Shown: positions 9,581-21,047, counted from the first letter of the stretch. The stretch: DNA of 64,000 bases from Methanobacteriota archaeon (GCA_004195635.1 PSPT01000004.1:15021-79020), one strand, 5' to 3'. Notes: generated from the letters alone by a model not told the origin. Numbers and translations: made by a program.

Positions 9581-12334
9581 TTACATAGATGCCCTTTGTG
9601 CTAATAGGGCAATAAATGCTTTTTTAGTATCATAAAATAACCCAATAAATAAATCTCTTAATAAAGCAATTGTGCCGCTATTACCCGATAATCTTGCGCT
9701 ATTGAGAATCACCAATATTGCACTTGCCTCATGTGCCAACACTCCAATCCAAATTTGGTCATTAATTCCCGAAAGAACTGTCCAAACTAATATTGCGGTA
9801 ACACCAACTGAAATAATTATGTTTTGCCGTACAACCGCCCTTGCTCTACGTGCAATAGCGATTAAGCGCGATAATTGTTGTGGATCTTCGCTTGGAATTA
9901 GGACATCAGCGGCATCTAAGTTTACCTGTTCCCCACTTCCTACTGCAACACCTACATCTGATTTGGCTAATGCTGTAGAATCATTAAAGCCATCACCGGC
10001 CATTAGTACAATGTGGGTATTTGCGCGACCCTCGACCCAAGATGCCTTGGATTCGGGGTCCATTTCACCCCTGCAAGCAGCCTCTGGGATGCCAATGCTC
10101 GGACCGAAGTTTGCAACTGCTGCAGAAGTATCGCCAGATAATAGCTCAATGTTTATTTTCATTGAATATAAGTCCCTTATTAGTTGCCCTGCTCCATTGC
10201 GAACATCATCGTGAACAAAGGATAATAATGCAAGTGCTTTTCCATCCCTTGCCAAAACAGAAACCCCATATCCCGATATTTGTGCTTCAAGGTTGGCTTG
10301 TTCTATTTCTTCAGGGATTTCTATTCCCTCCTCAAGTAACCAATCCATTCGTCCAATCATTACTTTCTTGCTTGAGAATTTACCATGAACGCCCGCTTTG
10401 GCATCAGTCAGTCCGGTGATTTTACTTGGATTCAAATTTAATTCGTTGGCATGATTGCGGATTACTGCAGCATATGGATGGTTTGAGCGTAATTCGAGGC
10501 CAGAGGCTAAACGTATTATTGATTCCATCTTTTTGCCCTTTGCAATAATTACTTCATTTAATCGTGGGTGTCCACTAGTAAGCGTACCGGTTTTATCGAG
10601 CAAAGCAAGATTTACTCGTGCAGTTCGTTCAAGAACATCGCCTCCACGAACGATCATTCCTTGATGTGCAGCATTTGATAGCGACGCTGCATGAGGAATT
10701 GGAGCTGCAAGTAATAGAGCACAAGGGCAAGCAACTACCCAAAGTAATAGCATTATTTTCCAATTTGAAACATCTCCAGAAAGGAACCATGCCAATGGTG
10801 CACCGATTAAAACAATAGGAATCCAAATAGCAGTAAAAACTTCAACCAGTGATTGCAATCGAGGCGGTTGGTCGCGGAATGTATGTACCTGCTCAATTAA
10901 TCCTGACAGACGTGTATCCTCGCCCACTGCTATTGCAACTATTACAATTGGGCCTCTTTTCAGCACTAAACCAGCCTCAACAATATCGCCAGATGTAACA
11001 CGCACAGGGAGTGATTCACCAGTCAATGGAGCCTTGTCTAGTGAGCCTATGCCTTCAACTATTTTCCCATCCACCGGTATTAATTCGCCACTCCTAACCT
11101 CAACCTTATCGCCCAATTGAATTAATTCCAAAGGCACTTCTTCAAACCCATCAGATAACTTTTGCGAATGGAGGGGAGTAGATGGTGTACTAGTGAGGGC
11201 TGATGCTTCTGAAAGAGAGGATATGTCAAAACCTTTTGCAATTACACTTGGAGAGGGGGCCTCATTCAGTAACCTAGCCGTTCGAGGAAGTCTGTCAAGA
11301 CCACCCTGCATTGCTTTTCGTGCCTTGACCAAAGCATCGCCCTCCATATGCGAGGTTAATGCTTCAAGAACAACCACTAACAAAGCCTCAGTCCAAGCCC
11401 CAAGCCAACATGCACCTATTACTGCAAGAGAGGTCAAAATTTGAAAACCAAGTTGACGGTTACGAATGCTCGCCCATGCTTCCATAAACATTATTCTCCC
11501 TCCAATGATTACACCAGGGAGTCCAACTATTGCCAATGCCCACGGTGGTGATGAGGTGAGTTCCAATACAAGTGCAATTAGCATCAATGGTATTGCAATG
11601 CCCGCTCCAATGAGTCTTTTTTGGTCGGGGCGAAGTTTGATTGATGTTGATGAATGAAGTTCTATTTCTCTTCCGGTTAAATTCTGTAGGGCATCATTCC
11701 TTGCTTTGACTACATTGGAGGAAGAATCAATAGGTACTTGAATAATTATTCGCTCATCGGAAGTAATGTCTACATCAAGAAGTCCCGGTTGATTCTTTAG
11801 CATCTTTTCTAATCTGCGCATATCCATTGAAAGACGTTCTCCGAGACGAGTTGCGTTGACACCACCCATCTCTAACCATTCTATTTCTGGTGCGTGTCCC
11901 AAACTAGTCAATATTGAATTTACTTGATATATACTTCCAGCCTCAAAATTGAAATCCAAGGAAACCGTGGCATTAGTGGCAGAAACCTCACACCCTTCCA
12001 CCGAAGGAAGGCGAAGCAGTGCTTTAGTTGCTTTCATAGCACAATCGGGACAATCTAATCCGCGCAGACCCCATCCTACCTTTTCAACACCTGCAATAGA
12101 CATTTTTGATAATAGATCATCAAATGGAGTCAAGACTTCAACCGGCTCAGTTATTTCCTGTATATTATTTTCATCAGATAACATCTCTAACTTGATTCCT
12201 GCTTGTTTATTGGCAGTAATAGCGGAAGTGGTGGCAGTGATTGGAGTGGCATTCTTCGCCTCGGATGAAGTAGGGGGGACTGCAATTTCATCCTCGAGAA
12301 AAAGGAAATCTTCGCCCTCATCACCCTTAGGCAT
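9581..12334 (-). CDS. P1B-type heavy-metal-transporting ATPase (Zn/Cd/Co-like)
   Basis: HMA GLDCPDC, TGES, CPC, DKTGT, HP, GDGFND and HEAS in the last TM; start 12334 supported by a TTCAT box about 26-30 nt upstream. Confidence 0.93.
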   Translation of the reverse strand: MPKGDEGEDFLFLEDEIAVPPTSSEAKNATPITATTSAITANKQAGIKLEMLSDENNIQEITEPVEVLTPFDDLLSKMSIAGVEKVGWGLRGLDCPDCAMKATKALLRLPSVEGCEVSATNATVSLDFNFEAGSIYQVNSILTSLGHAPEIEWLEMGGVNATRLGERLSMDMRRLEKMLKNQPGLLDVDITSDERIIIQVPIDSSSNVVKARNDALQNLTGREIELHSSTSIKLRPDQKRLIGAGIAIPLMLIALVLELTSSPPWALAIVGLPGVIIGGRIMFMEAWASIRNRQLGFQILTSLAVIGACWLGAWTEALLVVVLEALTSHMEGDALVKARKAMQGGLDRLPRTARLLNEAPSPSVIAKGFDISSLSEASALTSTPSTPLHSQKLSDGFEEVPLELIQLGDKVEVRSGELIPVDGKIVEGIGSLDKAPLTGESLPVRVTSGDIVEAGLVLKRGPIVIVAIAVGEDTRLSGLIEQVHTFRDQPPRLQSLVEVFTAIWIPIVLIGAPLAWFLSGDVSNWKIMLLLWVVACPCALLLAAPIPHAASLSNAAHQGMIVRGGDVLERTARVNLALLDKTGTLTSGHPRLNEVIIAKGKKMESIIRLASGLELRSNHPYAAVIRNHANELNLNPSKITGLTDAKAGVHGKFSSKKVMIGRMDWLLEEGIEIPEEIEQANLEAQISGYGVSVLARDGKALALLSFVHDDVRNGAGQLIRDLYSMKINIELLSGDTSAAVANFGPSIGIPEAACRGEMDPESKASWVEGRANTHIVLMAGDGFNDSTALAKSDVGVAVGSGEQVNLDAADVLIPSEDPQQLSRLIAIARRARAVVRQNIIISVGVTAILVWTVLSGINDQIWIGVLAHEASAILVILNSARLSGNSGTIALLRDLFIGLFYDTKKAFIALLAQRASM

Positions 12335-12420
12335 GGTCGATGTGGCGTGGCACCCCGACATGAACTTACGGGCAATAAAACAAGTGAAAGGTTCATTGAT
12401 TATGACATATTAGAACAATT

Positions 12421-13149
12421 ATGGGACTTTTACCAATGGGCTGGATTCCAAAGGCAGTGGCCATTGACATTGATGGCACGATTACCGATACGAATAGAGC
12501 CCTTCACCCTCATGCGGTTAGTGCACTAAGGATGATAGAAGATTGTGGGGTTCCAGTCATATTCTCAACCGGAAATGTCCGGCCAGTAACCTATGGCCTT
12601 TGGCGACTAATGCAGTTGAGCGGCCCGATGGTTTGTGAAAATGGAGGGGTTGTTTGGGACCCCAATAGCGGCCGAATTGAGATTAGAGCCAGCGGCACTC
12701 AAGCAAAAGAGGCTGCAGAATGGCTGGCACAACATATCCCTGGACTTGATGCTAAAGGAATTGGTTCAAATGCTTGGCGAGAAAGTGAATGGTGTTTGAA
12801 ACCGAGTGAAAATTATGAATTAATTTGTGATTTCATAGAAAAAAGTAAATGGGATAATTTGAATGTTGTAAGAACAGGATTTGCGATACACCTCATGGAG
12901 CCGCACCTCTCAAAGGGTGAGGGGCTTAAAGTGGCTCTTGAATGGCTTGGTATTTCTGCTTCGGATGTATTAGCAATCGGGGATGCACCTAATGACATTC
13001 CTATGTTCAATTTAGTGGGGCACTCCGTCGCCGTTGGAGGAGCATATGGCGTAACTATTGAGAATGCAACAATTTCTTCCGAGTTGCCTCATTGTGAAAC
13101 TGTAATTGAGATTGCTAATGAGATAAAAAATAATTGTAAATCTGTTTGA
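12421..13149 (+). CDS. Phosphoglycolate phosphatase, archaeal HAD (Cof/SPP-like)
   Basis: DIDGTIT, STGN, CENGG, SKGEGL and IGDAPNDIPMF motifs. Confidence 0.88.
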   Translation: MGLLPMGWIPKAVAIDIDGTITDTNRALHPHAVSALRMIEDCGVPVIFSTGNVRPVTYGLWRLMQLSGPMVCENGGVVWDPNSGRIEIRASGTQAKEAAEWLAQHIPGLDAKGIGSNAWRESEWCLKPSENYELICDFIEKSKWDNLNVVRTGFAIHLMEPHLSKGEGLKVALEWLGISASDVLAIGDAPNDIPMFNLVGHSVAVGGAYGVTIENATISSELPHCETVIEIANEIKNNCKSV

Positions 13150-13220
13150 AAATCAAGTGAAATAATGTTCTATTAATGCGGGAATTTAAACTAGGGTAGA
13201 AAATCAAACAAATAGAAAAT

Positions 13221-13306
13221 TGGTGCAGGAGACAGGATTCGAACCTGTGAAGCAGTACGCAATGGAACTTGAGTCCATCCCCTTTGACCGACTCGGGTAC
13301 TCCTGC
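13221..13306 (-). tRNA. tRNA-Leu(CAA)
   Basis: Reverse complement GCAGGAG..ATGGA-CTCAAGT-TCCAT..variable arm..GTTCGAATC..CTCCTGC-A-CCA. Confidence 0.95.
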
Positions 13307-13409
13307 AGTAAGCCCTGCGACATGAAAGGTATTGTTGATAGTTGCGCTTGAAAAATGTGTGAAATAAATAATTTATCACACAAAAAGAAAGGGAGGGGAA
13401 GGCATTGGC

Positions 13410-16400
13410 CTATTCTTCTTGAGAGTAATGCAAGTTTTCATATTCCCTTTCGGATTCAGATGAAATGCCAATATTTGCTGAGAAGTTTCGACTCCTAATT
13501 AAGATAAATACGGCAAGGCTGAGGAAGAGGACAATAATGGACAAAGTTGAGTATAATAATGCAGCATTTTCCCCTTGGATTGGATCTGCTTGGATTTCAA
13601 AATTAATCAATTGTGAGTCATTATATCCTTCAATAATGATAGTAAATTCATAATCTCCATCCCTCCATGATTCAACTGATAATATAAGATATTCACTCTC
13701 CAAGGAATTTAGATTTGCTGATATTTCATCCATCACGACCTCTCCTTCAAGAAGTTGAAGTGTGACTTTGCCGTCATAATATCCAAAATTGTGAAGGGTG
13801 GCATTTACAGTAAGCATATCCCCCACATGACTTGGATTACTGGCTGATATTTCTATGAGGCGTGGTACAAATTGATAAATTAATAACTTAGGCTTTTGCT
13901 TACTATTATTACTTCCAGTACCAATCAACTCATTGCCGGCAATATCGGTTGCCGAAATCCAGACAAAAAGGTTATACTCCTCGCTTAAGTCAATATCATT
14001 TGGTAATGAAATATTCAATACAACATCATAATACCAAATTCCATCTGCATGGGTGAGTAAATTACAAATTGCTATTCCCATCCCTTCTATTTCTTCATAT
14101 TCAGCTCCTGTTATTTGCCAATTTATCTTGACATCTGAATTCATCTGCTGAGGTTCATTTATTTGAAATGTAAGAGGGATCATTTGCATTTGGTCTGTAC
14201 GAATACTTTGGAGTGATGCTAGAGGGAGAGATAGGCGTGGGCTCTCATCATCAAGTATCACCTCTCGCTGAATGTGTGAAATTTGAAATCCAGAATAATT
14301 GATTTCACCTATTACATTCAATTCGGCTTGAGCATTTAGGAAGATTGAACCATTGAATATTATTTGCATCAGTACCGGTTGGGCATTTGCGTGGTAATAA
14401 TACTGCATTGATTGGTCAATAATTCCACCATCCACATTTATCATTATTTCCATATCAATATTTATGGGAATATTTGTGCCCTGATAAACCGGTATTACTG
14501 TTAATTCAACTATATCATCATCAGAGATATGCAATACTTCCCCATATACGCCCCCATAAGGCTCTGTAGTATCGATTAGAGAAATTTCAATTAGTTCAAT
14601 TTCATTTAAATAATTCCATTCAAGAGGAGTTAAATGACCCGTACCAAGACCTACTTCTTGACCTAAATCAATTACAGATAAACTAGGAACCCATGTCTGA
14701 TTTGCTAGTGCCCCACTAGAACTCCAAGGGATTACAAATGAAAACTCCACTTCCCACCTATCATGTTGTCCCGGTTGAGTGATTGGTTGAAAGGTAACTT
14801 CTACTTGTGAAAAACAGTCTTGATCAGCATTGATGCGTTCATCCCAAGGTTGCCAAGATATACTACAATTTGTACCATCAATATCACCGGTGAGGTCTAA
14901 CAAGATTTCATCGAGACTTTGCAAACCGTTTTCCTCTTCAATAATTAGACCAAAAGTGTGCACTTGCCCAGGTAATATCTTACCATCTCTCAAGTCTAAA
15001 GTCAAATCAGTCCAGGAAAGTAAAGTTGGAGTATCAGGCATTACTACTATTGTAGCCAAATCATTACCAAGTCCAAAAGAACCTCCAAATCCGTCTGTTT
15101 GCCATTCTGTATTTCCTTCAATGGGGATAGGGTTGCCTGCAAGATCAGATCCGGTTATGTACAAACTGATTAGACCAGATGAATCATTTTCTCCGAGTGC
15201 ATCATTAGATACTAATAGAGGGAAATCAACAGTTTGCCGCACTGAAGCCTTGGATAATTGGGCAATGATTGTGCGATACTCCGATTCCTCTGCGATGCTG
15301 TTTTCATTAATATCATCTATTTCTTGCATCCAATAGTGTAATTCAAGGCTATCGTTTGAGCGAACCGATTCTATCACTTCTATTGATAGAGGCAAGGTCC
15401 TGTTTTGATACCAAATATGATTATCAGCAGGTTGTTGCCCACCGGGTGGACTGACCATCAATAATCCAAGTGAAGGGGCTTCGGAATCCCAGATAACATC
15501 AACCCACTCGGTCAATGTTCGGTCAATAGCGCCACCTAATGCTGCATCACCAATCGGAATTACACTTGAGCGTATGCCAATTCTTTGGCCAGAACTCAAA
15601 ATGCTATTATCTGCATTGGGTAGTTCAATCAGCCCAGTCCAATCACCAGTATTTGTAACAGAAAAGGAATAATTATTTTTCCAATAGGCTGGGTTTTCGG
15701 TATAGGTTGTGATGTTAGTTGAAGTATTTGTTATTGGGATATACTCGTCCTCATAATTCTCTAGTTCAACTAAAATATTTGCATTTGGTGCGCCAATTCC
15801 AAGATTAGGTGAACCCGCAAAGCGGACAAAACCTGAAACTTGAATTGAAGAATTTGCCATTACTGGCAAGGGGTAATCGGGATTCCCTACATCACTTAGG
15901 AGTTGGTTTTTCTCTAGCAACAGAACTTGAAATTGAGTTGACTCCATATCGATTTCCATTGCAGGACCGGTTGAGCCTCCAGCCCTAACTACAGTTGGAC
16001 CCAATGGGGTATCCGGAGGTTCTGTAGTTTCCGTCATCCACCAAAGGTTATCTTGGTGACCATGTTTCCACTGCGGGATAAACTCCCAACCTATTTTATA
16101 ATGGCTTTTTAATGATGCACCAGAAGGGTACTGGATAGTTGTGCCGTTTAGCATTAATAGGTCCGAACCGGCTAATTGTTCGACCAAAGGCGGTGTATGA
16201 GAAGTGTTGATGCTAATAATTATTTCAGCAAGACTTAGGTTTCTTGTTGTGCTAACATAAAGGTTGATGTTTTCAAAAGAAGAATTCGAAAACATATGTT
16301 GATGCTCGGTCCAAATTGTATAAGATTGTCCTGTTGGAAACAAAGTTTCAGGTTGAGAAATAAATTGAGATTTGGCTTGCCAATCATATTGCACATTGCC

Positions 16401-19400
16401 CGATATTCGGAAACCACCACCCTGTCCTGTAATCAGCAGGGGTATTGTAAAATAGCCGGTTGTAGAATTAACAGGAAGTGTCTGGCGGAGATAATTCAAA
16501 TATGAATTATTATAGTGAATTGTGGTGAAGTCTTCATACGGAATCAATAATTTTGTTATAGTTACCTGTGCGTTTCCTCCCTGAGAAATAACTGAAAAGG
16601 CATGCCTGTTTGAACTATTTTGAGGATTACTTCCCCCAAGAGATGCATCGCATAAGGGGATATACAATCCATACTTTGAACCACTAATAGTTTCTATTTC
16701 TGGTCCACCAGAAGATCCATTCACCGGTGCATTACTTTGACTCCAAAAAGAAATGTCTACGTCCATTCCTGCTACTACATCAACCACTGCATAACCACAA
16801 TAATAGATGTTCGCCGGAGGAGTGAAGTTGAATGTATGTAAACTACCATTGGATAATTGTGAAAACAATTGTGATTCGCCAACTTCTGAATGCACCCCAT
16901 ATATGCCATTATGTTGCCAATCTATGCCTCCATCTGAGGCGAAATCTATTTTGGGATTATTACTATATTCAAGATATTCAGCCGAAAATTCTGTAGAGTT
17001 AATCCAGCCATTATTTAATACCGTTATTGTAATTATTAGTTCCTGAATATTTTTGAATGCCGGATTGCTGTAAGAAATAGTTCCACCATTATTGGCCATT
17101 TGTGAAAGAAATACTGTGCCATCAGATGAAACTACAGAATATACTACTTTTGCGCACTCACAATCAATACGTATCGTTTTTACTGGACGGTGAAAGGTAC
17201 TAATTGAGGAAAGTGAACTCAATGATTGGGTAGGAATCAACCGTTTGGCTTGAGAATCCCACTCAAGGCCTGACGAGGTCCACGAAGAACTGGTTGAAGG
17301 AGGGGTGATTAGATATGATAGCGAGCCTACATGAATTGCTGAAATAACAGGGGTGTGCGTTGAATTTGTGCTCAACAAGTTGATTTGAACCATAATGCTT
17401 GGATTCGCATTACTATCAAGAGTCGTTAATACCACAGGTAATAGCAAGTTCTGCCAACCGCCTATTTGAGTGCCATCTGGTCGAAGAATAGATGCCGAAA
17501 TACTCGTATTGCTTTCAAGAAGACCGCGCGCAGACAATGTGCCATAACCAAAAATATCTGCTTCAATGACCGGTGAGGTCCAACTTCCAGAATTTACAAA
17601 ATGGTCAATCTCTATTCCAACATTGTCTATGTACCACCCTGCTAATTCAATATACTGGTCTGAGAAAAACATAAATTTAAATCTCACTTTTTGCCCTGTC
17701 CAATCCGCAAGGCTCGCCTCCTTTACTTGCCATGACTGGCCTCCACATCCTCCTTGCGCCCCACTACCATCAAAAATTGATAAATTGTACAAAGGTGAGC
17801 CCATATTCACTGTTGAAATAGTATCGTAAAAGTTTGTTTCATTTTGCCCGAAAGGTTGCCATGAGTCACCTGAATCTGTTGAAATGAATATCATTCCTCC
17901 ATCCCAATTGGACTCAGCGCACATCCAATGATCAAAACGCAGACGCGCGTTTGCCCCCATTGGCACAATAAAGTCGCGACTAATTAATGAAGATAGGGTT
18001 TCATCAGAATATCGACCATGCATTGTAGTAGCGGCACCCGTTGAGCCATCCATAAATGGGCCTGGGCCCCACCCGCTTTGGCTTGTTGAATTGTCAATTT
18101 CCCATCCTCTCTCCCCTCTTATATGTTCATAAAACCACCCGGAGGGGAGATAATTTATCTCTTCAAAGTCAAAAATTGTTGTTGAAGGGCCATTATGTCC
18201 ATATGCAGTAATATGTTGCCATTGATTGAAATAATTACTAAGTGCTCCATTATTGGTAGAATTTGAAGATGTGAAATTGTCAAGTAATATTGAAGTGATG
18301 TTTGCTGTTGTATTTGCTGCTTTTAGAACAACATCATCAATCATTACCCCTTCCCATCCATCGATTTGCCCACCTCCATAGCCAATTGCATAATCAGTAA
18401 TTACTCTAAAACGAAACCAAACTGAAGATGAGTTTTGGAATGCAGAAAGCACTGGATATTCTAACTCAAGCCAACCATTAGAACTATCCATATATGCTTG
18501 GCTGTTCAAGATGATTCCATTGCCGGGGATACCAGGGGGCGGGTTTAATGTTAACCAAGTTTGATTATTATAACTGGCCTCAACTAGTAAATTATCATTG
18601 AAGTTTCCTTCGAGATCCCAATCAATAGCAAAGGAAATTGACATCGGATTGTAAAGGCCAAGAGTTGAAGTTTCAAGACTCAACCACCCATTTGCATCAT
18701 TTTCGTATGCACCCGCAAGGTTACCGTGGAACCAAGCACCAAGTGGCTCTCCCGTATTTGTAAAAGAAACATTGTCAATAGACCATCCAGTATCGTTTGA
18801 GGTTGAATTAGAAGGTGTCCAAATAACGAATCTAAAGGAAACAAGATTACTGGTGTGTATATTAGGAAGGTTATCCAAAAGAAAAACATCGTGATTCCAA
18901 CCAGAATTATCATCGCCAATAAAGGCAGAAAAACCACTTGATGAACCATTTGGAATTGGTGCCGAAGGCGACATAGAATGGTTGCTGAGGTTACTTGGTT
19001 GTAAAAGACGCCAAGGGTTTTGGTCAAATTTGTATTCAACCCACGCCCCACCCTCAGTAAGGTCTAACCAATGATCCATTCGCAAGTAAAGTTCCCTTTG
19101 TACAGAAGGTATTTTTAATTCGGGACTAGTAATCCATGCATGTGTTCCTGCCGGCAGTGGGGCAGAAGAAATTGTACTCACTACTAAATTACCTTGAGGT
19201 GGAGATAATGGAATTGGCCCATCTCCAAGAGTTGAATTAATTACTGCACTCCCATTACTTGTATTGACTTGTTGGCCCTGATAAGAAAGGTCATCTGCAG
19301 ACCAAATTAATGAATTGGGTCCACCTGATTTCCAATTCGCCATCGTTGGAACTAACATTTCAAAATCATCAATATCACTCTCAATATTATCGACTGAAAG

Positions 19401-19742
19401 AGAAAGAGAATCAGAAAAAATATCTGCTGTAGTTGTGGCTAAACCACCTAAAGAAAAATTGCTAACTGGATCGCCGCTAAGCCAACCTGTTCCATTTCCG
19501 GCTGAACGCGAAATGTCAGTTGATACATTTATCCATGCATCTGTCATCGTGCCATTGGCCGGAAGGAGAAATCCATCGGTGGTAAGATTTACCTCTCCAT
19601 GGGGAAATTCGGGCTGGGGTGTTGACTCTCCCTGATATGAAGTGGTAATTACTGCTGAAGATGGAGGGACAAAGGGAGAAAAAAGTGTGGCAATGAGAAG
19701 GAGGGAAAGTATGCCCGCCAACCTCACTTGACTACCTTTCAT
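13410..19742 (-). CDS. Giant (2110 aa) secreted, membrane-anchored surface protein with MAM/InhA-like jelly-roll repeats and a CARDB-like domain
   Basis: Signal peptide; three domains ending GWSIDNV, GVMIDDV and GWYIDNV; C-terminal Ig-like VGDMLTVNATLHNFG; TM helix plus short tail. Confidence 0.8.
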   Translation of the reverse strand: MKGSQVRLAGILSLLLIATLFSPFVPPSSAVITTSYQGESTPQPEFPHGEVNLTTDGFLLPANGTMTDAWINVSTDISRSAGNGTGWLSGDPVSNFSLGGLATTTADIFSDSLSLSVDNIESDIDDFEMLVPTMANWKSGGPNSLIWSADDLSYQGQQVNTSNGSAVINSTLGDGPIPLSPPQGNLVVSTISSAPLPAGTHAWITSPELKIPSVQRELYLRMDHWLDLTEGGAWVEYKFDQNPWRLLQPSNLSNHSMSPSAPIPNGSSSGFSAFIGDDNSGWNHDVFLLDNLPNIHTSNLVSFRFVIWTPSNSTSNDTGWSIDNVSFTNTGEPLGAWFHGNLAGAYENDANGWLSLETSTLGLYNPMSISFAIDWDLEGNFNDNLLVEASYNNQTWLTLNPPPGIPGNGIILNSQAYMDSSNGWLELEYPVLSAFQNSSSVWFRFRVITDYAIGYGGGQIDGWEGVMIDDVVLKAANTTANITSILLDNFTSSNSTNNGALSNYFNQWQHITAYGHNGPSTTIFDFEEINYLPSGWFYEHIRGERGWEIDNSTSQSGWGPGPFMDGSTGAATTMHGRYSDETLSSLISRDFIVPMGANARLRFDHWMCAESNWDGGMIFISTDSGDSWQPFGQNETNFYDTISTVNMGSPLYNLSIFDGSGAQGGCGGQSWQVKEASLADWTGQKVRFKFMFFSDQYIELAGWYIDNVGIEIDHFVNSGSWTSPVIEADIFGYGTLSARGLLESNTSISASILRPDGTQIGGWQNLLLPVVLTTLDSNANPSIMVQINLLSTNSTHTPVISAIHVGSLSYLITPPSTSSSWTSSGLEWDSQAKRLIPTQSLSSLSSISTFHRPVKTIRIDCECAKVVYSVVSSDGTVFLSQMANNGGTISYSNPAFKNIQELIITITVLNNGWINSTEFSAEYLEYSNNPKIDFASDGGIDWQHNGIYGVHSEVGESQLFSQLSNGSLHTFNFTPPANIYYCGYAVVDVVAGMDVDISFWSQSNAPVNGSSGGPEIETISGSKYGLYIPLCDASLGGSNPQNSSNRHAFSVISQGGNAQVTITKLLIPYEDFTTIHYNNSYLNYLRQTLPVNSTTGYFTIPLLITGQGGGFRISGNVQYDWQAKSQFISQPETLFPTGQSYTIWTEHQHMFSNSSFENINLYVSTTRNLSLAEIIISINTSHTPPLVEQLAGSDLLMLNGTTIQYPSGASLKSHYKIGWEFIPQWKHGHQDNLWWMTETTEPPDTPLGPTVVRAGGSTGPAMEIDMESTQFQVLLLEKNQLLSDVGNPDYPLPVMANSSIQVSGFVRFAGSPNLGIGAPNANILVELENYEDEYIPITNTSTNITTYTENPAYWKNNYSFSVTNTGDWTGLIELPNADNSILSSGQRIGIRSSVIPIGDAALGGAIDRTLTEWVDVIWDSEAPSLGLLMVSPPGGQQPADNHIWYQNRTLPLSIEVIESVRSNDSLELHYWMQEIDDINENSIAEESEYRTIIAQLSKASVRQTVDFPLLVSNDALGENDSSGLISLYITGSDLAGNPIPIEGNTEWQTDGFGGSFGLGNDLATIVVMPDTPTLLSWTDLTLDLRDGKILPGQVHTFGLIIEEENGLQSLDEILLDLTGDIDGTNCSISWQPWDERINADQDCFSQVEVTFQPITQPGQHDRWEVEFSFVIPWSSSGALANQTWVPSLSVIDLGQEVGLGTGHLTPLEWNYLNEIELIEISLIDTTEPYGGVYGEVLHISDDDIVELTVIPVYQGTNIPINIDMEIMINVDGGIIDQSMQYYYHANAQPVLMQIIFNGSIFLNAQAELNVIGEINYSGFQISHIQREVILDDESPRLSLPLASLQSIRTDQMQMIPLTFQINEPQQMNSDVKINWQITGAEYEEIEGMGIAICNLLTHADGIWYYDVVLNISLPNDIDLSEEYNLFVWISATDIAGNELIGTGSNNSKQKPKLLIYQFVPRLIEISASNPSHVGDMLTVNATLHNFGYYDGKVTLQLLEGEVVMDEISANLNSLESEYLILSVESWRDGDYEFTIIIEGYNDSQLINFEIQADPIQGENAALLYSTLSIIVLFLSLAVFILIRSRNFSANIGISSESEREYENLHYSQEE

Positions 19743-19889
19743 GATGTCCGCCCATTCTACGAATAAAGGAGTGAGGTTTCAACACACCGTTTCCAAGAGT
19801 GGCAATAAATTGAAGAATAATGCTAATTATTCATAGTGTTTGAAGCGCATTGTTCAAGGAGCCTCGTTGGCCGAGGGTATCCGAGCGAC

Positions 19890-20936
19890 ATGAGTGAGAC
19901 GGGCGGACGGATGATTGATGCGGCGATGGCGAAAGCCATTGAAGATCAATTATATTCGCTTCAACGCCAACAAGTTGACCGCAATAATCCCATTAGTTTG
20001 CCACGACAAGACTTTTGGATTGAGGTCAATAAAGTGCTCAATATGCATGAGGAAAATCTAAATTCAATCCTACAAAACGAAGGTCATTCACAAAAGGCAG
20101 TAACCCTTACTCGGCGAATCTCAAACATTCGTCGAGCCATAGCAGATTTAGCCAGAAAGCGCTTAGTGACCTTCCTTCACCATACTGTGACTTCTAATTT
20201 ACGCGGCTCGGCAACAGATGCAAAAGCAGGACTAACTCCAATTGATTGGACTAGGCATGATACTCATGAACGTGAATTTACTGATGGCTTAAAACAGTTG
20301 ATAAAGAAATTTAGAATGAATGTCAATTGGGATGAGATGATTTATGGTTCAGGAAATGCGCCAATCATTCCTGTTGTACCAGCTGGAACGACACAACTTG
20401 ATTCATTCGTTGCCAAACCCGGTGGACTAACCGGCAGTGGACCTCCGCCGATTGAATTAGAGGAAAGGACCGAACAAGCATATCAAGAGCCAGAAATGGA
20501 TGAGGAGGACAGGATTGCTTTAATGGACGCCTTTCCCGAAGTAAATGACATACCCTCCGAGCCATATTATCAGCAAATTGAGCAAGAATCTCCTGCAAAA
20601 AATGTAGCCCCTCGACCAATGGACACTGGAGTAGCTTGGGAATTAGCACCAGAAACAAACAACACAGGTGCTATGGTAAAGGCAGAAAGTGATGAGTTGA
20701 ATGAGAATCAGCCAAATGATACTACAGTCGATGAGCCCACTGAACAAAGTGACTCACCCGCCAATAACGGCTTAGGAAATACGTTGACGCGTATTCGAAT
20801 AATTCTAAGCCAAGAGGAACCCGTATTAACTGAAGAAGGCGAAATTAATCTTCAAGAGGGAGATGTACATATGCTAGATGTAGATACTGCTGATTGGCTT
20901 ATTGAAGCCGGAGTTGCTGAGTCAGCTGCGCTATAA
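19890..20936 (+). CDS. GINS complex protein (Gins51-type) with long acidic linker
   Basis: N-terminal helical A domain (LPRQDFWIEV..RKRLV) and C-terminal B domain RIRII..EEGEINLQEGDVHMLDVDTADWLIEAGVAE. Confidence 0.72.
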   Translation: MSETGGRMIDAAMAKAIEDQLYSLQRQQVDRNNPISLPRQDFWIEVNKVLNMHEENLNSILQNEGHSQKAVTLTRRISNIRRAIADLARKRLVTFLHHTVTSNLRGSATDAKAGLTPIDWTRHDTHEREFTDGLKQLIKKFRMNVNWDEMIYGSGNAPIIPVVPAGTTQLDSFVAKPGGLTGSGPPPIELEERTEQAYQEPEMDEEDRIALMDAFPEVNDIPSEPYYQQIEQESPAKNVAPRPMDTGVAWELAPETNNTGAMVKAESDELNENQPNDTTVDEPTEQSDSPANNGLGNTLTRIRIILSQEEPVLTEEGEINLQEGDVHMLDVDTADWLIEAGVAESAAL

Positions 20937-21047
20937 CTCTGTAACTCTACAAATCATCTTGCTCAAATAATGCCATGGGTGGAAAACCCCATCCAACATT
21001 TAGAACGCAACCTATTGTTACGAAAGTAATCAAGAAGCCAGATAGTT

